Assembly (NCBI GenBank): GCA_963817895.1
Contig: CAWFQB010000003.1
Location: 352,001 to 416,000, forward strand
Direction: 5' to 3'
Length of the DNA stretch: 64,000 bases
Source: an uncultured Chthonomonadaceae bacterium
GTDB taxonomy: Bacteria > Armatimonadota > Chthonomonadetes > Chthonomonadales > Chthonomonadaceae
The position numbers were made by a program, and so were the translations under genes. Below are positions 48,506 to 57,322 of this stretch, piece after piece (the first letter of the stretch is position 1; each line of letters opens with the position of its first letter). Under the pieces are notes generated by a model. It saw nothing but the letters and a program-made list of their open reading frames with translations. It was not told the origin of the DNA and did no database searches.

Positions 48506-49165
48506 CTACTCCAACTCTTCCCAAATCAGCGTTGTGTCTTCGCGCAGGCTGAAAAGGGGAGTACCCACGCTGGATTTCTCGCTCACTGGTTCCTCCGGCA
48601 GTTCACCGGACTTCCGCATCAGCGCGCCGATGTCGGGAAGGTCATCTTCACTGACAACCGTGTTGGGTGGAGCGCCAACCGGCGGATCATCGCCCATAAA
48701 CGTAATATTATCCGTTGGCAGTATCAACAAGTTGCGCGTAACCCAGAACATCGCCTGCTCATTCGCCGGGTCCAGAATGTCCATATAGCGGCGGTCGAAC
48801 TGTATCATCGCGCCCAACCGCAAAACTAAATCTTCCAGATACTCCGTCGTCTGCCAGCTTCCCATGCACACGACCCGGTTTGTATATACGTGCGGATTGA
48901 AAATGGGAGTCAGCAGTTCGGCAACGGGCGCGGCGGAGGGAGCCGGGTAGCGGGACGGCAATTTAATGCGAACCCGACTGGAAGCGCGATACACGGGCTT
49001 GCCGTCTTTCAGCGCCTCGATACTCCGGCAATGGTAGGTCAGCACATACTCGTCCGGCGGGCGGCCCTTTGTGGACTCGATAACAAGCCTGCCGCCGCTG
49101 TTGGCCGCCAGAGCAAGCACTTGTTCATAATCCGCCTGTAGGCGTAGGTCGCGCGCGGTAGCCAT
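48506..49165 (-). CDS. Ubiquitin-conjugating enzyme (E2/UBC)-like protein
   Basis: RLQADY, IKLPSRYP..AP, PIFNPHVYTNRVVC (Cys at the UBC catalytic position), W, DPANEQA. Confidence 0.88.
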   Translation of the reverse strand: MATARDLRLQADYEQVLALAANSGGRLVIESTKGRPPDEYVLTYHCRSIEALKDGKPVYRASSRVRIKLPSRYPAPSAAPVAELLTPIFNPHVYTNRVVCMGSWQTTEYLEDLVLRLGAMIQFDRRYMDILDPANEQAMFWVTRNLLILPTDNITFMGDDPPVGAPPNTVVSEDDLPDIGALMRKSGELPEEPVSEKSSVGTPLFSLREDTTLIWEELE

Positions 49166-49166
49166 A

Positions 49167-49243
<77 letters not shown>

Positions 49244-49562
49244 CCTCCTCCATGTGTCGGAAACGGCTGAAGCATCAGCACGTCGCCGTTTTGGACGTTG
49301 TTGCTGCTTAAAGTGTCGTGGGCGAGCAATTGGCGGTTGGTGTTCATGTTCACAATCTGGAAATCCATGCCCATCGAAAGCCGCCATTTGCCCCGGCTGG
49401 CCTTGATAACATCGGCCACCGTCATGGTGCGGGGAACCGTGACCTGCGCCTTGCGCGTCCGATCCGCCGTTTGTAAAATCACCGTTACTGTATGGACGCT
49501 CATAGGTGAACTCCTGTTCCTGACTGCGCGGCGTGTCGCCCCAACTCGCTCAAGAATGATCG

Positions 49563-50831
49563 TTAATGTTCGCTATTGTTGCCATCGTACTCGCCTGAAA
49601 TTTGAACGTAATGTCGCGTGTCGCCCTGCTTGATTGCCACTATTTGATATTCAGGAATACGCAGAGCAGCAAGCGAATGACGCGCCCACTCACTATCTTT
49701 ATCCACCCAATTCAACGTTTGCGGCTGACGAGAAGGAGTATCACAACGCGGGCAATGATTGAGCGCAAGCGAACAGGTTTCCAGCGGCTGCAATATCGTT
49801 TCACTCTGCCCGCAGTTCAGGCACCGCATTTCGGTCAGCAGGTCAAACCCTAATTCGACAACCCCCTCCGGCATCCCTGCCTGCGCGAGCAATTCCACTA
49901 CGCTAAGTTCCGCCGCCCCCGCTCCCAAAACCGTAACGGGTTCCCACAGTTCATGCGCCAGACACTCCGCGCTGCGCGGCAGCGTCACCGTTTGCAATCC
50001 ATACGGCGCGACTGTCAGGTACAGCTTCTGGCTGAAGGAAAGGCCGACAAAGGATGAAGGATGAAGGATGAAGGATGAAGCCTCTGCTGCTGTTCCCTTT
50101 TCCCTGTTCCCTGTTCCCTGTCCTCGTATCTCGTATCTCGTATCTCGTATCTCTCCTGTTCCCTTCCTCCCATGCAGCAACAGCATCGCCTCATTCACGG
50201 CATACGCGGCGGCGAGGGAGGCGACGACGGCGGTGGTGGGAACCGCGTTTTCGGGCAGGTCGGCGCGCAGACCGCCACAGGAGAACCGTTGATTGCGGCG
50301 TTCCCACAGGGTTTCCGACATGGCGCACTCGAAACAGGCTTCGGGCGCAACGGTGTCGCGGCTCGCGAACAGGGCGATTTCTGCCAGCGTCGCTTCAATG
50401 CCCGTGTTGATCCACGGAACGCCCGCCCGGTTGCAGGCGCGATTGAGCGCGAGACGCGCGTTGATGCTGTCCAGACAGCCGATGACCACATCCATGCTGC
50501 GGTACACGCCCAAACCCACATCGAATTCCAGATTGCCCTGCGCCCATTGCGCATCCACATCCGGGTTCAAGGCGTGGGCGCGATCCGCCGCGACCTGCGC
50601 CTTGCCCCGCCCCACATCGGTTTCCCGAAACAAAACGCTACGCGTCAGGTTGGAAAGTTCAATCGTATCAAAGTCTACCAGCAGCAAATGCCCCACGCCC
50701 ATCAGCGCCAGCAGTTTGACGACTTCATTGCCGACCGCGCCGACGCCCGCAACCAGAACCCGCGCTGTCGCCAGCCGGGTTTGATCCCATCCTTCCAGTA
50801 GATAGTGTCGGGCGTAACGGTCCTGATTCAT
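49563..50831 (-). CDS. E1-like ThiF-family adenylyltransferase with catalytic Cys and Zn-binding motifs
   Basis: DRYARH, GVGAVGNE, DFDTIELSNLTR, GCLDS, ACFEC, RFSCG, C-terminal CLNC/CPRC. Confidence 0.93.
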   Translation of the reverse strand: MNQDRYARHYLLEGWDQTRLATARVLVAGVGAVGNEVVKLLALMGVGHLLLVDFDTIELSNLTRSVLFRETDVGRGKAQVAADRAHALNPDVDAQWAQGNLEFDVGLGVYRSMDVVIGCLDSINARLALNRACNRAGVPWINTGIEATLAEIALFASRDTVAPEACFECAMSETLWERRNQRFSCGGLRADLPENAVPTTAVVASLAAAYAVNEAMLLLHGRKGTGEIRDTRYEIRGQGTGNREKGTAAEASSFILHPSSFVGLSFSQKLYLTVAPYGLQTVTLPRSAECLAHELWEPVTVLGAGAAELSVVELLAQAGMPEGVVELGFDLLTEMRCLNCGQSETILQPLETCSLALNHCPRCDTPSRQPQTLNWVDKDSEWARHSLAALRIPEYQIVAIKQGDTRHYVQISGEYDGNNSEH

Positions 50832-50870
50832 AGCGAGAGTGGAGAGTGAGAGTGAAGAGTGAGAGAAAAT

Positions 50871-51045
50871 TTCACTACCGGACACATTTTTCCGGGTATT
50901 GAAAATACCCGTCTGAGTGGCGTTCCGCCAAGCGTCCTTCGGACGCGAAACTCTGAAAAACAAGCATTTGCGTCCGAAGGACGCTTGGCCGTAGGCCATG
51001 TAGACAGGGGTTTTCAACCCCTGGCAAAATGTGTCCGGTAGTGAA
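50871..51045. mobile_element. MITE-like element with perfect 20-bp terminal IRs, nested inside GAGAGT-repeat arms
   Basis: TTCACTACCGGACACATTTT (50871-50890) / AAAATGTGTCCGGTAGTGAA (51026-51045); internal IR and GGGGTTTTCAACCCC; outer arms 50836-50865 and 51062-51090. Confidence 0.75.
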
Positions 51046-51059
51046 GAGAAGATGCGTTT

Positions 51060-51812
51060 TTACTCTCCACTCTCACTCTTCACTCTCACTTCCTTTATCG
51101 TATTTCGCGCGTTGCAGTTGCAGCAGCAGCCCCGCGATTCCTTGCGCAGAAAGTTCCAGCCTTCCGGGCTGTAGCACAGTCCGCAATGGGAACATTGAAA
51201 CATGGGTCGGTTTGGGTTCAGCGGCTGGCGGGTGATGGGGCATACCAGTTTGCTTGAAGCCGCCGAAGCCGGGCGATTGGGAACGGGGTTGGCGAGAACA
51301 GGCGTCGGGGCCTGTAGATACGCCAACAATACGGCGACGACATGAGCGCAGGCTAAAGTTCGCGATGGGACTTGAATTGCATTGCTGTTACTGCCGCCGA
51401 CAGAAGCAGCGGGCGTAGAAGTCCGCTTCTGACAGGTGCAGGAAGCGGCTATTTCGCCGTCCTCAAATAAAATCTCTTGATCTTCGTAACGCTGTTCCCG
51501 CGTGGTTCCGGTCAGGCGTCCCCCGTGCGCCACCGCCCGCGTCACCTGCTTGCGCGTGACAAGCTGCTGCCCCTGCGCATAGATGTGGGGAGCGCACTGC
51601 GTGGCGATCCACGCGGGTGTCAGGTCCGTAAAAGCGCGTGGCGTTCCCGGCCTTGTTGGAGCAAACGGGTCCAGCGGCGTGAACTCAATTTCCGGCACAT
51701 CCGTATTCAACTCTGTGGCATTATACGCGCCCGGATTTTGCCCGGAACGGCCTCGCCGCCAGAATGTAAGCCGATCTTTTATTTCGTCAACCAATTCGCG
51801 TACTTCGCTCAC
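51060..51812 (-). CDS. SWIM zinc finger + C-terminal RING-like domain protein (putative E3)
   Basis: SCTC...CAHVVAVLL (SWIM CxC..CxH); CPIT-x12-CSHC..Y...W...CCNC. Confidence 0.8.
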   Translation of the reverse strand: MSEVRELVDEIKDRLTFWRRGRSGQNPGAYNATELNTDVPEIEFTPLDPFAPTRPGTPRAFTDLTPAWIATQCAPHIYAQGQQLVTRKQVTRAVAHGGRLTGTTREQRYEDQEILFEDGEIAASCTCQKRTSTPAASVGGSNSNAIQVPSRTLACAHVVAVLLAYLQAPTPVLANPVPNRPASAASSKLVCPITRQPLNPNRPMFQCSHCGLCYSPEGWNFLRKESRGCCCNCNARNTIKEVRVKSESGE

Positions 51813-52207
51813 AATTTGCGCTTTCTATAAGAGAGGGCTGAAAATAGCGTCCTTGTTTTCGCGTGTCGAATCATACCTCACTCTGTATTTACTCATTATA
51901 GGCTAATTTTACCTGCCTGACAAGGTGAAGCGAACTTATTGTTTAACTATTTATTGCGATGGCGTCTCGCGCAAGCAGGTCCGCCGCAATGAGAGCCGCA
52001 TTTTCGTAAAACTATCTTCTGGAAGGTGGGCAGAGCAGGAGTTTGAACATCTGAAAAGAAATAAGACGGATGAAGATTTAGTCCGCGCCGCAATCCTTGC
52101 CGCAGGCGTTCAATGAAGAATGTAGACGCTTCTTGATTTTCCAACGCATGTGTCGGCCAACATTGTTGGCGCGGCTAATCTCATATCCCGAAACAGGAGG
52201 CACATAC

Positions 52208-53188
52208 ATGGCATCTATACGCTCTTTCGGTTACGTGTTACTCGGAATTCTCCCTCTCGCGGTTCTTGCAACCGTCCATGCGCAAAACAATCAGGGAAAC
52301 AATACTGCCGACGCGCAGGCGAACATTGACCGCGCCAACAAGACTCTGGGCAGCATGATCGCTCTGGTGGATCAGATTGAAGTTCGTAAAAAGACGGGCG
52401 GAGCGTCGAATTTGCAGACGCCAAAAGACACGCTCGGTCATCAGGATACGCCCTTGCAGGCAAACGGCAAGTGGCATGTTCACGACGGCCTGCGCCCCCA
52501 GCCGCCCGTGATTAACCCCGGCACGGCCAGTACGCAGGATATGGCGGGACGCCCGCCCTCGGATGCGGTCGTGCTGTTCGATGGCACAGACCTTTCCCAC
52601 TTCAAAGATTCCGGCGGCGGCGCGGCAGCGTGGAAAGTGGAAAACGGCCACATGGAGGTTGCGCCTAAAACCGGCAACCTGCTGACCAAAGACGAGATTG
52701 GAGATTGTCAATTTCACGTCGAGTGGAGCGCGCCTACCGAAGTAAAGGGCAATGGACAGGGGCGCGGCAACAGCGGCATTCTGTTCTTCAATGGCAAGTA
52801 CGAGGTGCAGGTTCTGGACAGTTACGAGAATCCGACCTATCCCGATGGACAGGCGGCGGCGATTTACAACAGCTACCCGCCCATTGTCAACCCGGTCCGC
52901 AGGCCCGGCGAGTGGAACCTGTACGACATCATGTTCACCGTGCCGCGCTTCGAGGGCGAGAAACTGGTCAAGCCGGGCTATTTCACCATAATGTTCAACG
53001 GCGTCGTAGTTCAAAACCATGTGGAACTGCTTGGCGAAACCACTCACATGAAGCGGGCCGAGTATCATGCCCATGCGCCCAAAGGGGCTGTGATGCTGCA
53101 AAATCACGGCAACCCGGTTCGCTACCGCAATATCTGGTATCGCGAACTGAAAGACAATACGGAGCCGGGAGACAAGGCCGTCTACTGA
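52208..53188 (+). CDS. DUF1080 (3-keto-disaccharide hydrolase family) exported protein
   Basis: PPSDAVVLFDG, GDCQFHVEW, GNSGI, YEVQVLD, GEWNLYDI, LQNHGNPVRYRNIW. Confidence 0.93.
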   Translation: MASIRSFGYVLLGILPLAVLATVHAQNNQGNNTADAQANIDRANKTLGSMIALVDQIEVRKKTGGASNLQTPKDTLGHQDTPLQANGKWHVHDGLRPQPPVINPGTASTQDMAGRPPSDAVVLFDGTDLSHFKDSGGGAAAWKVENGHMEVAPKTGNLLTKDEIGDCQFHVEWSAPTEVKGNGQGRGNSGILFFNGKYEVQVLDSYENPTYPDGQAAAIYNSYPPIVNPVRRPGEWNLYDIMFTVPRFEGEKLVKPGYFTIMFNGVVVQNHVELLGETTHMKRAEYHAHAPKGAVMLQNHGNPVRYRNIWYRELKDNTEPGDKAVY

Positions 53189-54225
53189 TGCAAGCCGGTA
53201 CGCCCGACCGTATGCCCGCTGATTTGCGGGCCGATATTGCGCGGGGACGCGCGGTTCTGGCAAACCGGGCGGCGCGTTCCTCCGGCGGAAACAGGCGCGG
53301 ACAGGAGGCGGTTGACCGCCTCCTCGAACTGCTCTGGAACCCGGACGGCGCTGTTCGCCATGCCGCCGCCCACGCCCTTCCGGGCGGGGATGGGCAACAC
53401 GCGCATATTCCGCATTTCGGCCACTTTGTCGGCGCGTTTTTGCGCGGGCTTGCCGATGGCGAGAACTCGCGGAGCATGCCCGCAACGGCTGCCGAGCGTT
53501 ACGACTGCGTTGCCGAGGTTTTGCGCGGCCTGCTTGCGCAGAACATTCGTGAAATACGCGGCATCGGCAACATGAACTACTCGTTTCTGAGCAGCGCGTT
53601 GTATCTCGCCGTATTCGCCACCTGTCGCGACGTTCTGCTGACAATCCGGCGATTGCAGGTGTCACCCGCGCAGGCGGAACTTTGCAGCCTGCTGTGGAGC
53701 CTGCCCCGAAACGGCGCGTCCTGCCGCTTGAACGGCGCGGACGTGGAAACACTGGCCCAATTTGCCGGGGAAGCCCTTGCCATGCTGCCGCCCGATTGCC
53801 TTTCGGACTACTGGCATTGCCTGACACACGGTTCGCCGTCGCGCCGTATTGCGGCTGTGTCCGCGCTGGCCCATTTTCAAGACCCGCGCAGTGTGCCGCA
53901 TCTGCTGGACGTGTTGCAAACCGATCCCGCGCAGACTCCGGCGGTTGCGGTTCCCATCATCCGGTGTCTGGCGCGAATGGAAGACGGACGCGCCTTGTTC
54001 CTGCTGCAAACCCTGTCGGACAATCGGGCAAAATCGGTGCGTCTGGCAGCCCGGTCTGCAGTCGCCGCCATTGAGCGGGCCGGCCACAAACAGCCGTCCC
54101 GAACCCTGCTGCGGGCCACGCATTTTGACGACGCCAATCATTCTGAAACCATGCTGCGCCCCGTACCCGTAAATCATCATAACACCGAACCGCCGGAAGA
54201 GATGCTGCGTCCGGCGGGTTCCTAA
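53188..54225 (+). CDS. HEAT-repeat protein
   Basis: RRIAAVSALAHFQDPRSVPHLL, CLARMEDGRAL, VRLAARSAV. Confidence 0.75.
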   Translation: MQAGTPDRMPADLRADIARGRAVLANRAARSSGGNRRGQEAVDRLLELLWNPDGAVRHAAAHALPGGDGQHAHIPHFGHFVGAFLRGLADGENSRSMPATAAERYDCVAEVLRGLLAQNIREIRGIGNMNYSFLSSALYLAVFATCRDVLLTIRRLQVSPAQAELCSLLWSLPRNGASCRLNGADVETLAQFAGEALAMLPPDCLSDYWHCLTHGSPSRRIAAVSALAHFQDPRSVPHLLDVLQTDPAQTPAVAVPIIRCLARMEDGRALFLLQTLSDNRAKSVRLAARSAVAAIERAGHKQPSRTLLRATHFDDANHSETMLRPVPVNHHNTEPPEEMLRPAGS

Positions 54226-54316
54226 ACAGGTAATCGGAGCGAGTTCGTTATTCAGATATTTCTATCAACCGCGAACTATCAACTATCAACTGTTTAGCCT
54301 GTCAGGAGAGCGCGTT

Positions 54317-55382
54317 ATGAGTGACCTGTCTTCGTCCGCATCCTCATCGGGAATGTCCGAACGCATGTCTGCCGCCAAATCTGCTGATTTGCGAGAGGCC
54401 GGTTCCGCACCGCCCTTGCCGCCGCTTCCTGATGACGCGCAGGCGGTTGAGGAACAGGAAGCGAGTTGGACGCCCTCGCCCGAAGTGCTGTCCGCATGGG
54501 ACGCGAAACTGTGTGACCTGTGGAGTCCGAGCCTGAGCGTTGCATTGTCTGCCGCAGGCGAACTGTTCGCGCCCCTGAAGCCAGACCCCGATTCGCCGGA
54601 GCGGGTGGAAGCGCACGTCAGCGCGGAGTTCTGGCGGCTGCTGACCAGTCGGCAAAAACATCTGCCGAACACAGCCTTAGCGCGGTATCAGTGCGTTGTC
54701 GCGACCGTATGGCGATTGCTGCGGGCGATGCGCCAATCCCCCACCGCGCCGTTTGTCGAGGAGCATCTGGCAGTGGCCCTGCGCGCGGTTCGCGTGTTGC
54801 GCGCGGGGATGCTGACGCCCGAAGTGTGCGCCGCCATTTATGATTTTCATCGCGGCCTGTGGTCGCCCTATCTCACCAAACCGCAGATTTATATTTTACG
54901 AACCGCGCTGTCGGAAACCCTTGCCGGCCTGCCTCCCGACACCATGCAGTCTTTCTGGGACGGACTGGAGAGCCGCAATCAAACAATGCAGCGGGCCATG
55001 CTGCTGGGCCTGACCCTGCTGCGCGAAGCCCATGCCGTGCCTCACATGCTTATCGGGCTGGAGCAGACCTGTACCCATGCCGCCCGTACCGCCATTGTAG
55101 AAGCGCTGGAAGAGATCGGCGACCCTCACGCATTGGGCGCGCTGGCGCGGCTGCGGCGCGAAACGGCAGGCTACGACTGGACTCTGTCGCGCCAAATTGC
55201 CCGTACCATCCGCGTCATCGAGCAGCAGAACCCCGGCGCCCACGTCCGGGTTCTGCTGCGCCGCGTCCGACACCCCGCCTGATTTCGATTTGCTTCTGCT
55301 GCGCCCCGCCGCCCACACGCCCTCCGACAGCCAGAACCCCTCAGATCGCGACGCGCTTCTGCGTCCGCGAGGTGGCGAGTAG
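54317..55382 (+). CDS. HEAT-repeat protein (frameshift near 55262)
   Basis: AHAVPHMLIGL, ARTAIVEALEEIGDPHALGAL; tail continues in ORF 55197-55382. Confidence 0.75.
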
Positions 55383-55527
55383 GCAACGGATAGGAGGGTA
55401 TGCGCAATATCCGTTTGGAAAGCAGGCATCTCAATAACGTATTCTACATTCACCACAAAATTTCTCAAACCCGCCGTGAGGCCGGGCGTCCGCCGCGTGT
55501 CGCGCGGAAGGACATTGCTTGCCGTTC

Positions 55528-55556
55528 TTGACGAAAGCGCGTCTGTATGCTATACT
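55528..55556 (+). promoter_or_regulatory. Sigma70-type promoter for tRNA-Pro
   Basis: TTGACG-17 bp-TATACT with extended -10 TG. Confidence 0.75.
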
Positions 55557-55608
55557 ATGATTGGTTTCGTGTTGCGGGAGAGATTCCCCGCGACACGGAT
55601 CAGAATAC

Positions 55609-55682
<74 letters not shown>

Positions 55683-56002
55683 TACAGGTAAAGAACATCG
55701 CGAAGAGGCGATTTCAACATGCAACGCTTTCGCGCCGGAACCATCGGCGCGAAAGCGTTTGCGCGTTTGGCGGCGCAAACGCGCAGTTTTGCCTGCACAG
55801 CCGGTAAATTTCTGGTATCATGGAGAATATTCTGTGGAACGAAGCCTGTAAATCACGCGGATGGTTCATCAATAAAAACATGTAGCCTTTTGGAAAGTCG
55901 CTCGTCTATCTATCCAATATTCCTTTTCAACCCTGTGAAACCTCAGTTTGAAATTTGTTCTGAACCTTATGCGCCAAACTCCCGTAAAATCACTGAATAC
56001 GC

Positions 56003-56032
56003 TTGACGTAGCAACCGTTGCTGTGCTAATCT
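56003..56032 (+). promoter_or_regulatory. Possible sigma70 promoter with a palindromic spacer
   Basis: TTGACG-18 bp-TAATCT; spacer contains AGCAACCGTTGCT. Confidence 0.4.
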
Positions 56033-56230
56033 TAAATGGTAGTGTGTTTGGAATGTATTTAAGTTCACCCCCACCGTTTTGATTGTTGGGCGTCAACTCC
56101 CCGTAATCCATGCGCTTACGGGAAAATAACGTTTGTGGAGCAGGGGCGCTCCCCCATTGCTTTTGCCTTCGCGCGAGCAACGCCCGCCTGATCCCTTTCA
56201 TAGATCGGATTACAGATCGAAAGGCAAGAA

Positions 56231-57094
56231 TTGGGAATAATCGGCTGCGACGTAAAAACTGTGGAAAGGCGAAATCTGCGCGTGGAGGAAACTCTGCCAA
56301 CGATGCAGCCTGATTCACCATCTCGGAGAACGTACGAACTCATCAAGCGCGGCGTTGACATTGTGGCCGGTGTGGGAATGCTGTTGCTGTTCTTCCCCTT
56401 CCTGCTTCTTGCCGCCGCTGCGGTTCGCTGCACGTCGCGCGGCCCCATCATTTTCAAGCAGGTGCGGGTGGGGCGCTACGGACGCCTGTTTATGGTATGG
56501 AAGTTTCGCACGATGACCGATGACGCGGATCAGTGCGGGCCGCTGATTACCGCCGCCGACGACGCGCGTATCACGCAGGTAGGCCGATGGCTGCGCGGCT
56601 GCAAAGTGGACGAACTGCCGCAATTGGTGAATGTCGTCAAAGGAGAGATGAGTCTGGTCGGGCCGCGCCCGCAGGTTCCGCGCTTTGTGGAAGCGTTTCC
56701 GGCTGACGAACGCGCCATTATCGTTACCGTTCGCCCCGGCATTACCGGTCCCACGCAGCTGAAATTTCGCGAAGAAGAGGACATGCTGCGCGGGCAGGAG
56801 AACCGCGAAGAGTATTACATCGAAAACCTGCTGCCCATCAAGTGCCGTATGGACGTGGAATACGTGCGGCAGCGTTGCCTGATGCTCGACATTAAAGTGC
56901 TGTGCAAAACCGGCACCGGGATTACGCTTTCCCTGCTGCGCCGCTTGATCAGGCGTTCCGCGTCCGGCATAAACAGGTCGGAAGCCATCGTTGAAATCGG
57001 GCCGGAGCGTTTGCCGCACCGCGAACGCTACACGCCGCATGAAGAGTACCGCGAAGAGAACGACAAACCCATTATTATGAACTCGTCCTCCTGA
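56231..57094 (+). CDS. Bacterial sugar transferase (priming phosphoglycosyltransferase); start uncertain
   Basis: KRGVDIV, GPIIFKQVRVG, KFRTM, KVDELPQLVNVVKGEMSLVGPRP, RPGITG. Confidence 0.95.
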   Translation: MGIIGCDVKTVERRNLRVEETLPTMQPDSPSRRTYELIKRGVDIVAGVGMLLLFFPFLLLAAAAVRCTSRGPIIFKQVRVGRYGRLFMVWKFRTMTDDADQCGPLITAADDARITQVGRWLRGCKVDELPQLVNVVKGEMSLVGPRPQVPRFVEAFPADERAIIVTVRPGITGPTQLKFREEEDMLRGQENREEYYIENLLPIKCRMDVEYVRQRCLMLDIKVLCKTGTGITLSLLRRLIRRSASGINRSEAIVEIGPERLPHRERYTPHEEYREENDKPIIMNSSS

Positions 57095-57121
57095 ATTGTA
57101 TGTTCTTCCTCCTTGATTCTC

Positions 57122-57162
57122 AAAAAGCGCCCCGAAAGCCTTCTGCTTTCGGGGCGCTTTTT
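57122..57162 (+). terminator. Rho-independent terminator
   Basis: AAAAAGCGCCCCGAAAGC-loop-GCTTTCGGGGCGCTTTTT. Confidence 0.85.
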
Positions 57163-57176
57163 CGTCTTTGAGACAA

Positions 57177-57322
57177 CCCGTAGGGACACAACTTGTTGTG
57201 TCCGCATGGTCGCTTGTTGTGTCCGCATGAGGTTGATGGAAGCAGGATACGAAGGAGGATGCGGAAGGACGATGCAGAAGGAGGACACGGAAGGAGGACA
57301 CAACAAGTTGTGTCCCTACGGG
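57177..57322. repeat. GTAG-type REP pair in inverted orientation (REPIN-like)
   Basis: CCCGTAGGGACACAACTTGTTGTGTCC ... GGACACAACAAGTTGTGTCCCTACGGG. Confidence 0.88.

Noticed and set aside
49563..50831. ThiF/MoeB of thiamine or molybdopterin synthesis
   Set aside because: Neighbours are E2, JAB and RING-like genes, with no thiG, moaE or rhodanese
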